Of a stretch of DNA of 64,000 nucleotides, positions 1 to 13,821 are shown piece by piece. The notes under the pieces were generated by a model, which made no database searches, was not told the origin of the DNA, and saw only the letters and a list, made by a program, of their open reading frames with translations. The DNA is from Pristiophorus japonicus (Eukaryota): assembly GCF_044704955.1 (NCBI RefSeq), contig NC_091999.1:47182001-47246000 (forward strand), given 5' to 3'. The position numbers and the translations under genes are program-made. Numbering within the stretch: position 1 is the first letter of the stretch; every line of letters starts with the position of its first letter.

Positions 1-1306
1 CTCGGTCCGATCCATAAGCAGTATGAGGAATATCCAAGATATCTGATTAAGAAGGGAGGAACTTGGATAGCACCAGATATGCAGTGTTGTACTCTGAAAG
101 GGACAACATGGGTTTATAGATGCTCCAGCTTGTGGGTTCACCCTCGACAAAGAATCTCCAGAATGCCAGATTGAAATAAGTAAATGGGGTGAAGGCCAAA
201 CTAATACCGTGTATAAAGGAAAAGGACAGTATTGTGTGACTACTACTGTCACGTATATGACTGTGGGTTAAACCGATGCCCCATACTAGAACATCACTTT
301 AGCTTGATTCCACCGAGGAACACATGTATCGCTGCTAAACATTGGTTCTGGCACATCAGCATGACACAACTTATCTGCAGACAAGACTGCCTCTGGAGGA
401 TGAAGCCATTCAAGTCATTCCACATATAGGACACTATATTCTCCTTGTTTCTGGCTTTAAAGCTCATAATTCAGCGAATTAGGACATCCCAGAAACACAC
501 AGTGCAAATGATATAGACGAATAGAGAGACAGAACAGGCAATCCCGAGACATGAGAATCAGGAATGGAGGAAAGTAGTATCTAATTAGATTGTTCCAGCT
601 GGGATTGGTGATAGCACGGATAATAGCTTCAGGGATTATGGGCATTGCATTATGCTGTAAGGAAGTCAATAAGAGACATTGAAAATATAAGGAAAGGGAA
701 GGACACTGAGAGGAAACCAGGATTAGTAAAGACAAAGAAGGATATAATACACTTTGTCAACATGTAATGTAACCCATAAAAAAAAACCTCTGGGACAGGT
801 TGACACGTGGACCCTGGTTAATTCAGCTTCTGAAAGGGGTTTATGTTTAATTCATTCGATAGTGGGATAAATGTAGTTCATATTATTAGGGAGAGAGAGA
901 CAGATTTCACTGAGCAACAGCTGGTGTTTTGTGACCAACCAGGCTTCGATATTCATAATAGAATGGATTAGAAATATTGTTAGGATAAGAAAAGTCCAGA
1001 ACTAGTGGTTTATGATCACCGTGGCCAGGCCGCAATGCTTCTAAATGTGTTGCTGTTGTAAACTTGTGTCTCTGGACCATGCAGTAGCCAGAGACTACCA
1101 TATTAGGCAATGCCGGCTCCAGTTTGATAAGAAAACAGTCTATAAATGTAAACTTTTTCCTTTGTTCGTTAGCATGCAGATACCCGTGCCTGGTTACATG
1201 TGCTCCATCTGTGACTATATTCCACTTGTAAATTGCTTTTCATGCTGATGGTAAAGAATAAATTGATTATAAACAGAAGACTGAATTCGTTACTACTCAA
1301 GTGAAC
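1..1306 (+). mobile_element. Possible 3' end of a degraded ERV (env-like remnant, purine tract, LTR ~843-1306)
   Basis: Cys-rich degraded frames, then hydrophobic FQLGLVIARIIASGIMGIALCCK (~594-665), GAAAGGGG before TGT at ~843, TATAAA at 1141, AATAAA at 1257. Confidence 0.35.
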
Positions 1307-3319
1307 AAACAGAAGTTTGTTTTAAATCAACACTTGGTTATTTTTTTTTAAGTTTGGAACTTCATAACTTCCTTAAGAATTAAAAATCCGTTAAAACAGC
1401 AAAATCATTAGTAAAGCTATCATTATTAACCTTGAATAAAACATAGCGTAGTTAATTTCAATAGCTCCAATTTAATTCAGACCAATATTTTATTAACTAA
1501 ACAATACAGAACAGATAAAATGAAACAAAATAGCACATGCTTACAGAACACAGTAAATTACATCATTGTTACCTTCAGGTGCTTTTCCAAATGACTAAAA
1601 ATACTGACTATGAGTAGACAAATATTGATTTAATTTGTTTAAATGTGAAAAAACAAAGTGCTTTGGAAATTTCAAACCACGCATCAGGCACATGGCAACC
1701 GTAACTTCAAGGCTGAAGCTTATCTTTTGTAAAACAAACTCGCCTGACTTTCAGAGTTGCACAGCTTGCCCCAGTCAAAATATATCCACAGCAGCGTCTT
1801 TAACTTCAAAATGTAAATCACAAAGATCCACTGCTACTAGTTCCACAATCTGAATTGAAATGAACATACTCAACACATCCACACTTCTGTAAAACTCCCA
1901 ACATCCAAGACAACAAAGGGTTAAATGGCTTTGAGCTCCATGCAGAGAAAAGTGGGTGAAGGTAAAACAAACATAACAGATGCTTTTTTCAAAGACAGAC
2001 TTTCAGACAAAAGGAATACTGTAAATTCTTAAACATTCATGGTCAGGAAAACTTCCACTCTAACACAATTCACACAAACTTAAATTCCAGCATCCTTTCA
2101 GGTTCCTTTCACTCAGTAATCTTGTGCTTTATTTTTCTCGGCACAGACACTGACAGCTTCAGTGTTGGTTTCAACTTTAAGTTTCCTTTTTTCGCCGTTT
2201 AAATTGTCATCTCAGTAACTTATTCTCTAATTCTGTTTTGTCCTTCCTTTGCTGAGTTCTCGGCTGGGTTAACTTGCACCTGAGATCTTTTTCCCTCTCT
2301 GTCTCGCCTGTTCCTTATGCTTCTCCTCTCTCACCTGTTAATTTCTCAAGTCAGTGCACAGAGGTGGGTTGCGTAAACCAATATACGCTTCCCTTTGTCA
2401 AATTGGAACTTGCCCTCGTCAATTTGACTCTGGACCCAATCGACCGATTTTCAGTACGAGTCACCTTGTGGACTCGCAAGGAATGATGTCAAGTGAGTGG
2501 TATGGAGCAGCTTCACATGTTCATTGTTCCTGGCACACTCTGTCAGGTTAGCCATGCTTAGCAAACCCATCGCTCAATTACTGGTAGATTAGTCCTACAT
2601 CTCCCAGAAATTCTCCATCCTGGATTGATAGCCTGGCTGAGTAAAACGAGTTGGCCAGAGATCTACGGACCCCAGTTCCACTGAACAAAATATTGATGAA
2701 TTACTATCTGTCAAGTCAATTTGTTGAGTTTTTGGGTCTGTGCCAATTCGCCCTTTCACACCTAAGTTCAGAAAGCTTTCACTTAACTCGTATTGGTGAC
2801 AGTAATTATATTTTATTCAGTGAAATTGAGACACTACTCTTCACCAAACCCCGCATCCCAACTCCCCTTGCACCTCTGTCTCCAACCATCTTCATCCCAA
2901 CTCCTTTCACCCTTATTCTCCACCCTCACTGACCACTCCTCTTAAACCCCTCTCATCTTAGTCATTTCAATTGATAGGAAACAGAGAGATTGTACCAGTC
3001 AGGATTTGAAAGATATTTACAACAGATTCTACAGGTTCTTGGACTTATGGTCTTTCTATATTCTGTCCACGCGATCAGTTAGATAACAGACATTCTCCTG
3101 TGAATACTGAGCTGGACTATTGGGCTCTGATGTGTTTATTTGTTCATTTTGGTGAATCTAAAGCTTTGCCAATCAATTGATATGATCGGTCTATTTGTTC
3201 ATCTTTTGTCAAATACATTTCCTGAGTGGATTCAAATTTAAATTAAAACCAGGTTTGCAGCCATGATGCTCTATTCACACATCGAAGGTGAGATAGATGC
3301 TATGGGGCACACGCTAAGT

Positions 3320-3935
<616 letters not shown>

Positions 3936-4125
3936 TACAGATCTCATCACCATAAGTCCACAAAAAAAATTCAGAACAGTAAATCCTAGCTTTTATGGAA
4001 CATTTTTTCCTCTCTTGTTCCTCCAAAGCTGTAAATCGCTGCCTCCTCCTTGTGCTGAAATCCAAACACATCGCAAGTCTCAAGACATTTTATCCTCCAT
4101 TCCCAGTTTTCCCCACCAACTATGG

Positions 4126-4290
4126 CTGGTTTCAGTTCTACACTCCCTCTCCTACTCTGATGGTGCTGACTCTGGCTGGGTTCAGTTCGACACTCACTGG
4201 TTCCACTCCCTCTCCTCCCCTTATGGTGCTGACTCTGACTGGGTTCACTTCTGCACTCACTGGTTCCCCTCCCTCTCCTCCCCTGACTGG
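4126..4290 (-). repeat. ZNF-associated ~57-bp tandem repeat (copy A)
   Basis: Reverse complement of gagtcagcaccttcaggggaggagagggaggggaaccagtgagtgtagaactgaacccagcca. Confidence 0.85.
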
Positions 4291-4494
4291 GTCCCTGAAG
4301 TTCCAAGCACTCTGTGTTCATTTTAAAAGGTGACCACACATGCGCTCTATGGCTCGACGAACAGCGATAGCGGTGCACAGATCTGCAGCGTTCCTTTACA
4401 AAGGCTGCCAACCTGGGCTTGTTCCCGTGAAAAAGTCCCAGAGCTGCAAACGTGGGAGCTCTAGGTTCTTAGTCAGGGTTTAGCACCTACACCA

Positions 4495-6503
4495 GTTACA
4501 AATGGATATGGTCTCATAGCCATTACAGAGACATGGTTGCAAGGTGACCAAGACTGGGAACTTAACATTTCGGGGTACTTGACAATCCAGAAGGAAAGAC
4601 AGAAAAGAAAAGGAGGTGGGGTAGCTCTGATGATAAAGGATGGAATCACCGCCATAGAGAGAAACGATATTGGCTCAAATGATCAGGATGTTGAAACACG
4701 TTTAGTTACCAACGGATGGCTATCTTTTCTCTTACACCCTTTCCTCCTCACTGAAATATATTTTTCTTGAGAGTTGTGAAATATCTCCTGAAATGTACAC
4801 CAACCATCCTACACTTTAATCTATTTTCCCAGTCCACTTTAGCCAACTCAGCACTCATCCCTTCATAGACCCCTTTATTTAAGCTTAGTACGATGGTTAG
4901 AGACCATAGAAACATAGAAAATAGGTGCATGAATTGGCCATTTGGCTCTTCGAGCCTGCACCGCAATTCAACGAGTTCATAAGAACATAACATAAGAATT
5001 AGCAACAGGAGTAGGCCATCTAGCCCCTCGAGCCTGCTCCGCCATTCAACAAGATCATGGCTGATCTGGCCGTGGACTCAGCTCCACTTACCCGCCTGCT
5101 CCCCATAACCCTTAATTCCCTTATTAATTAAAAATCTATCTTTCTGTGACTTGAATACATTCAATGAGCTAGCCTCAACTTCTTCCTTGGGTAGATAATT
5201 CCACAGATTCACAACCCTCTGGGAGAAGAAATTCCTTCTCAACTCGGTTTTAAATTGGCTCCCCCGTATTTTGAGGCTGTGCCCCCTAGTTCTAGTCTCC
5301 CCGACCAGTGGAAACAACCTCATTGCCTCTATCTTGTCTATCTCTTTCATTATTTTAAATGTTTCTATAAGATCACCCCTCATCCTTCTGAACTCCAACG
5401 AGTAAAGACCCAGTCTACTCAATCTATCATCATAAGGTAAACCCCTCATCTCCGGAATCAACCTAGTGAATCGTCTCTGTACCCCCTCCAAAGCCAGTAT
5501 ATACTTCCTTAAGTAAGGCGACCAAAATTGCACGCAGTACTCCAGGTGCGGCCTTACCAATACCCTATACAGTTGCAGAAGGACCTCCCTGCTTTTGTAC
5601 TCCATCCCTCTCGCAATGAAGGCCAACATTCCATTCGCCTTCCTGATTACCTGCTGCACCTGCAAACTAACTTTTTGGGATTCATGCACAAGGACCCCCA
5701 CGTCCCTCTGCACCGCAGCATGTTGTAATTGCTCCCCATTCAAATAGTATTCCCAATTTTTGTTGTTTTTCCCCAACGTGGATGACCTCACACTTTCCGA
5801 CATTGTATTCCATCATGGTTGAACATGCAACTTCAGTACCCCATTCCTACTTTCTCGCCATACCCCTTGATGCCCCTAGCAGTAAGGACTACATCTAACT
5901 CCTTTTTGAATATATTGAGTGAATTGGCCTCAACAACTTTCTGTGGTGGAGAATTCCATAGGTTCGCCACTCTGAGTGAAGAAGTTTCTCCTCATCTCTG
6001 TCGTAAGTGGCTTACCCCTTATTCTTAGACTGTGACCCCTGGTTCTGGACTTCCCCAACATTTTTGAACATTCTTCCTGCATCTAACCTGTCGAAACCCG
6101 TCAGAATTTTAAACGTTTCTATGAGATCCCCTCTCATTCTTCTGAACTCCAGTGAATACAAGCCCAGTTGATCCAATCTTTCTTGATATGTCAGTCCCGC
6201 CATCCCGGGAATCAGTCTGGTGAAACTTCGCTGCACTCCCTCAATAGCAAGAATGTCCTTCCTCAAGTTAGGAGACCAAAACTGTACACAATACTCCAGT
6301 GTGGCCTTACCAAGGCCCTGTACACTGTAGTAACACATCCCTGCCCAGTACTCAAATCCCCTAGCTATGAAGGCCAACATGCCAGTAGCTTTCTTAACCG
6401 CCTGCTGTATCTGCATGCCAACCTTCAATGACTGATGTACCATGACACTCAGGTCTCGTTGCACCTCCCCTTTTCCTAATCTGTCACCATTCAGATAATA
6501 GTC
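4495..6503 (-). mobile_element. Stacked CR1-like LINE fragments (mostly minus-strand ORF2 3' ends; a short plus-strand endonuclease piece at 4495-4700)
   Basis: ORF2 C-terminal motifs VRPHLEYCVQFWSP, RGDLIETFKI, FFSQRVV; microsatellite tails catagaaa / aagaacat. Confidence 0.9.
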
Positions 6504-7202
6504 TGACTTGTAGGAGGTAGGCACCTTTAGAATATACCAGAATACTAGGCATTAGGCACCTGCTAGATATATCTAAACGCATATAAGTTTAAAGTGGACA
6601 CACACATAAAATGGCTGCCCAGGCATGATGGGAAATCAGGTAGTCAAGCTGTGAACTGTTGAACGTTCAATGACCAAGAAATAACCCTGTGAGGCCCACT
6701 GTAGGAATGCCTGGGATGCGGGAAGACAGAGATAAGAAGGAAACCAACTCCTGTGAACAAGGTCATAAACCAATTAATTCCCCAGAAAGAAAGATAAGAG
6801 GGAAACCATCTCCTGTAAACAAGGTTATAAACCAATTATTTCTCCCAGATGAAAGAACTAGGGAGAGAACCTATAAAGTCATCGATCAGCCCAAGCTGAC
6901 AATAACCGAACATATGGTTCCCTGGATACTAGGGGAATTCTATTGGGTTAAAAGAACCTATATGTAATCTATAATCGTTGTGATTGGCTTGTGTCCAGCC
7001 GTGATGGGCTGTGTAGCTGTAGTAAACTGTTTTGTAACTGTTGTGAAACATATAAAGGTGCATGTAACCCTTTGTTCGGTGGAGAGAAACCTGAATACGG
7101 TACTGAGTTTTTCCTCCCCGCTGAGCGTAATAAAAGCCGCATCAGCATTGGAACCGACTCTGAGTGTTGAGTGATTCTTCTGAGAAAACACTAACGCTAA
7201 CA
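6504..7202 (+). mobile_element. Solo LTR inserted in a CR1 element
   Basis: CR1 sequence is interrupted at ...ataatagtct and resumes at gtctgtctct (gtct duplicated). TATAAA at 7051, AATAAA at 7129, ends in CA. The left end is uncertain by a few nt. Confidence 0.75.
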
Positions 7203-9860
7203 GTCTGTCTCTCTGTTTTTACCACCAAAGTGGATAACCTCACATTTATCCACATTATACTTCATCTGCCATGCATTTGCCCACTCACCTAACCTATCCA
7301 AGTCACTCTGCAGCCTCATAGCATCCTCCTCGCAGCTCACACTGCCACCCAACTTAGTGTCATCCGCAAATTTGGAGATACTACATTTAATCCCCTAGTC
7401 TAAATCATTAATGTACAATGTAAACAGATGGGGCCCCAGCACAGAACCTTGCGGTACCCCACTAGTCACTGCCTGCCATTCTGAAAAGTACCCATTTACT
7501 CCTACTCTTTGCTTACTGTCTGCCAACCAGTTCTCAATCCACGTCAGCACACTATCGCCAATGCCATGTGCTTTAACTTTGCACATTAATCTCTTGTGTT
7601 GGACCTTGTCGAAAGGCTTCTGAAAGTTCAAGTACACCACATCAACTAGTTCTCCCTTGTCCACTCTACTAGAAACATCCTCAAAAAATTCCAGAAGATT
7701 TGTCAAGCATGATTTCCCTTTCACAAATCCATGCTGACTTGGAACTATCATGTCACCTCTTTCCAAATGCGCTGCTATGACATCCTAAATAATTGATTCC
7801 ATCATTTTACCCACCATCGATGTCAGGCTTACTGTTCGCTAATTCCCTGTTATCCCTCCCTCCTTTTTTTAAAAAGTGGGGTTACATTGGCTACCCTCCT
7901 CTCCATAGGAACTGATCCAGAGTCTATGGAATGTTGGAAAATGACTGTCAATGCATCCGCTATTTCCAAGGCCACCTCCTTACCTACTCTGGGATGCAGT
8001 CCATCAGGCCCTGGGGATTTATCGGCCTTCAATCCAATCAATTTCCCCAACACAATTTCCCAACTAATAAGGATTTCCCTCAGTTTGTCCTTCTTACTAG
8101 ACCCTCTGACCCCTTTTATATCCGGAATGTTGTTTGTGTCCTCTTTAGTGAATACCAAACCAAAGTACTTGTTCAATTGTTCTGCCATTTCTCTGTTCCC
8201 CGTTAATACTGCCCCTGATTCTGAGTGCAGGGGACCTACGTTTGTCTTTACTAATCTTTTTCTCATTACATATCTATAGAAGCTTATGCAGTGCGTTTTA
8301 ATGTTCCCTGCAAGCTTCTTCTCGTACTCTATTTTCCCTGCCCTAATCAAAGCTTTTTCCTCCTCTGCTGAATTCTAAATTTAGCCCAGTCCCTGTGTTC
8401 GCTGCTATTTCTGGCCAATTTGCATGCCACTTCCTTGGCTTTAATACTGTCCATGATTTCCCTTGATAGCCACGGTTGAGCCACCTTCCCTTTTTATTTT
8501 TACGCCAGGCAGGGATGTACAATTGTTGTAGTTCATCCATGCAGTCTCTAAATGTCTGCCATTGCGCATCCACTGTCAACTCCTTAAGTATCATTCGCCA
8601 ATCTATCCTAGCCAATTCACGCCTCATACCTTCAAAGTTACCCTTCTTTAAGTTCTGGACCATGGTCTCTGAATTAATTGTTTCATTCTCCATCCTAATG
8701 TCGAATTCCACCATATTATGGTCACTCTTCCCCAAGGGGCCTCACATTACACATTCCTCGCTCATTACACAACACCCAGTGTAAGATGGCCTCCCCCCTA
8801 GTTGGTTACTCGACATATTGGTCTAGAAAACCATCCCTTATGCACTCCAGGAAATCCTCCTCCACCGTATTGCTTCCAGTTTGGTTAGCCCAATCTATAT
8901 GCATATTAAAGTCACCCATGATAACTGCTGCACCTTTATTGCATGCACCCCTAATTTCCTGTTTGATGCCCTCCCCAACATCACTACTACTGTTTGAGGT
9001 CTGTACACAACTCCCACTAACGTTTTTTGCCCTTTGGTGTTCTGCAGCTCTACCCATATAGATTCCACATCATCCAAGCTAATGTCCTTCCTAACTATTG
9101 CATTAATCTCCTCTTTAACCAGCAATTCTACCCCAGCTCCTTTTCCTTTTATTCTATCCTTCCTGAATGTTGAATACCCGTGGATGTTGAGTTCCCAGCC
9201 CTAATCATCCTGGAGCCACGTCTCTGTAATCCCAATCAAATCATATCTGTTAACATCTATTTGCACAGTTAATTCATCCACCTTTTTATGGATACTCCTT
9301 GCATTAAGACACAGAGCCTTCAGCTTTGTCTTTTTAAACACACATTGTCACATTATAATTTTGCTGTAATGTGGCCCTTGGGATTCTCTGCCTTCCACTT
9401 TTACTATTCTCCTTTCTCTCTTTTGCCTCTGTCTCCCTTTTATTTCCCTCTGCCTCCCTACAAAAGTTCCCATCCCCCTGCCATCTGAATTTGAAATTGA
9501 ATCATGCTACTGATTCCAAGGGGATCTTTTACTTGGAGATTGTTTATTAATCCTGTCTCATTACACAGGACCAGATCTAAGATAGCTTGCCCCCTGCTTG
9601 GTTCCGTTATATAATGTTCAAGGAACCCGTCCCTTATGCACTCGATGAACTCTTCCTCAAGGCTACCTGACCAATTTGATTTGTCCAATCAATATGGAGA
9701 TTAACATTACCAGTGATTATTGCTGTTCCCTTTTTACTAGCCCCCACTATTTCCTGGTTTATATTCTGACCAACAGAGTTGCTGCTGTTCGGGGGCCTAT
9801 AGAATACACCCACCAAGTGACTTTTTCCCTTTATTATTCCTTATCTCCACCCAAACTGTT
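7203..9860 (-). mobile_element. CR1-like LINE ORF2 (RT and endonuclease), degraded, plus a second endonuclease fragment
   Basis: [45 protein letters not shown] motifs. Confidence 0.92.
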
Positions 9861-10062
9861 TCAGCACACAGCCGATTTAATTAACTGTTTCTCCTCAGAT
9901 AATAAAGATCACATATATTTAATTGCAGTTCCAAACCTACAACAATACCAAAGATTTCTTAAAGAAAAAAAAGTCACATATCCACCAGCCAATCACTTCC
10001 CTGCTTGGCTGTGACGTCACACTTCGATTTAGATTTTTTTTTCACTTTATGTTCCTGCTGCA

Positions 10063-10540
10063 GCTGGCCTCCTGACTGCTGCCCTTTGTACTCCCGCGTT
10101 CACTCAGGTCTCGCGATGCTGGCCTCCTCCTGACTGCTGCCCTTTGTACTCCCGCGTCCGCTCAGGTCTCGCGATGCTGGCCTCCTCCTGACTGCTGCCC
10201 TTTGTGCTCCCGAGTCCGCTCAGGTCTCGCGATGCTGGCCTCCTCCTGACTGCTGCCCTTTGTACTCCCGCGTCCGCTCAGGTCTCGCGATGCTGGCCTC
10301 CACCTGACTGCAGCCCTTTGTACTCCCGCGTCCGCTCAGGTCTCGCGATGCTGGCCTCCACCTGACTGCTGCCCTTTGCACTCCCGCGTCCGCTCAGGTC
10401 TCGCGATGCTGGCCTCCACCTGACTGCTGCCCTTTGTACTCCCGCGTCCGCTCAGGTCTCGCGATGCTGGCCTCCTCCTGACTGCTGCCCTTTGTACTCC
10501 CGCGTCCGCTCAGGTCTTGCGATGCTGGCCTCCTCCCGAC
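10063..10540. repeat. 58-bp tandem repeat, about 8 copies
   Basis: Unit gctggcctcctcctgactgctgccctttgtactcccgcgtccgctcaggtctcgcgat, nearly identical copies. Confidence 0.95.
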
Positions 10541-10667
10541 TATTCCACAGAAGCACGGGGTTTGTCTGCTTTTATTCATGAATTTAACAAGTCTATATTA
10601 AAACGATGAATTTAAAAAATCTGCATTAAAATGTGAGCCAGTGGGTTGTGAGCCCCAGAGCCTTGTG

Positions 10668-11017
10668 TCCACGGCAAACGAGCCAAATGTGGGCAGCAGA
10701 AATGTTACAAGGACACCCTTACAGCTTCCCTGATAAAGTGCGACATCACCACTGACACCTGGGAGTCCCTGGCCAAAGACTGCCCTGGATGGAAAAAGTG
10801 CATCCAGGAGTGCATTGAGCACTTCGAGACTCAATGCCGAGAGCATGAAGAGGTCAAGCGCAGGCAGCGGAAGGAGTGTGCAGCAAACCTGTCCCACCCA
10901 CCAGTGACACAGTCTGTGGTTCCCGTATTGGACTGTTTAGCCACCAAAGAACTCACTTCAGGAGTGGAAGCAAGTCTTCCTCGATTCCGAGGGACTGCCT
11001 ATGATGATGATGATGAT
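10668..11017 (+). mobile_element. RTE-like LINE 3' end with (ATG)n tail
   Basis: Degenerate G.QRKRYKDTL...WE.LA.D...W-type motif and terminal atgatgatg repeat. Confidence 0.7.
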
Positions 11018-11049
11018 GTGTCCAAAAGGGCACACAATTAAGGCCCATA

Positions 11050-11660
11050 GCCTCCCCTGGCCCCAGGCCCTCAACAAGGGACTGCACAAGGTCGCGCCAT
11101 GCGGTTCAGACAATCAGCGGCACAAATCCGTCCCTCGGGCTCCCCAATTGGTTGGAGGACCCGCCGCTGGCTCGTTCCTCCAGCGCCGGTCCGCTCGCTC
11201 CGCTTTGGTCGGAAGCTCCCGTCAATCAGGCCCGGTCACATGTCCCTCGAGCGCGCTCCGCCAAACTGGTGAAAACTGGTCTCGGGGACCCGGATGGGCG
11301 GACTCTCGGGTTTAGATTTCCCTTTATTCTCTCCCTGTCCCCCCCGCTCCCCCGCGCAATTCTCTACCCAATCGGAGTGGAGGAAAGTCGCTTTGCATCA
11401 CCGCTCGCGGCACTTTAACGGACTCAAACGCCTTTCCCCAGAAGGCGCCGCGCCGACTCCACACCACAGGATCCGAGTGCACAGGCGCAGCTCCGAGTGT
11501 GGGGGGGAGGAGGCGGTTGGTGTCCCCTGGGCATGCGCGACTATTACCGATGGCGATCGCGAGGGGGGCGCTGTGCCGGACGTGTTTCCCGGTGTGCATG
11601 CGCAGACTCTCGGCTGTCAATCACCAATCCGGCAGCTCAGCTGCTGGTGAGACCTGTGAC
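11050..11660. promoter_or_regulatory. CpG island, probable promoter of the flanking ZNF gene(s)
   Basis: High CpG density, NRF1-like GCATGCGC (11531, 11596), CCAAT boxes, donor-like CTG|GTGAGA at ~11647. Confidence 0.6.
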
Positions 11661-11809
11661 ATCATCGAATCCCTGACATTGACAGCACAGAAGGAGGCCA
11701 TTCAGCCCACCGTGTCCCTGCCGGCTGGCACATAGCTCTGCAGCCTAATCCCACTGTACAGCTCTTGGTCTGTAGCTCTGTAGGTTATGGCACAATAAAG
11801 AAAGCCGTA

Positions 11810-12225
11810 CAGTTATATAGCGCCTTTCACGAACACCGGACGTCTCAAAGCTCTTCACAGAGAATGAAGTACCTTTGGAGTGTAGTCACTGTTGTAATGT
11901 TGGAAATGCGGCAGCTAATTTGTGACCAGCAAACTCCCACAGACAGCAATGTGATAATGACCAGTTAAACTGTTTTTGTTATTTTGATTAAAGGATAAAT
12001 ATTGGCCACGACGCCGGGTGTAGCTTCCCTGCTCTTTTTCGAAATAGTGCCATGAGATCTTTTACGTCCACCAGAGAGAGAGAGGATCAGGCTTCTGTTT
12101 AAAGCCTCATCCGAAAGCTGGCCCCTCTGACAGTGCAGTGACACTGGAGTGTCAGCCTAGATTTTTTGTGCTCAAGTCTCTGGAGTGGGACTTGAACCCA
12201 CAACCTTCTGACTCACCGAGCCACA
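11810..12225 (-). mobile_element. DeuSINE/SacSINE1-like SINE
   Basis: Core tatatagcgcctttcac...gtagtcactgttgtaatg...ggagtgggacttgaaccc. Related copies at 14060-14310(-), 37740-38160(+) and 60530-60975(-). Confidence 0.75.
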
Positions 12226-12489
12226 GCTGACACCTCTGCTAAGGCCAATAGGTCCTTCCTATCCACTCTATCTAGGCCCCTCATAATTTTATACACCTCA
12301 GTGAGGTCTCCGCTCAGCGTCCTCTTTTCCGAAACAAACAACCCCAGTCTATCCAATCTGTCCTCATAGCTAAAATTCTCAGGTCCAGGCAACATCCTCG
12401 TAAATCTTTGTACCCTGAGTGGTGCAATCACATCTTAATTGTAATGTGGTGACCAGAACTGCACACAGTACTCTAGCTGTGGCCTAACT

Positions 12490-12706
12490 AGAACCTAGCC
12501 AGAGTCAGCACCTTCAGGGGAGGAGAGGGAGGGGAACCAGTGAGTGTAGAACTGAACCCAGCCAGAGTCAGCACCTTCACGGGAGGAGAGGGAGGGGAAC
12601 CAGTGAGTGTAGAACTGAATCCAACCAGAGTCAGCACCTTCAGGGGAGGAGAGGGAGAGGACCTAGTGAGTGTAGAACTGAACCCAGCCAGAGTCAATAC
12701 CTTCAG
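12490..12706 (+). repeat. ZNF-associated ~57-60-bp tandem repeat (copy B)
   Basis: Same unit, about 3.5 copies, directly upstream of the ZNF exon. Confidence 0.88.
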
Positions 12707-12793
12707 CATGAAGGAAAAAATGTTGGCAATGATGTAATGGGTTTGGATTTCAGCATGGGGAGTAGGGATGACTTTTGTAAACTCCTTTTTCAG

Positions 12794-13821
<1,028 letters not shown>

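Noticed and set aside
10063-10540. Regular repeats resembling a CRISPR array
   Set aside because: Head-to-tail units with no unique spacers, no cas genes, vertebrate context.
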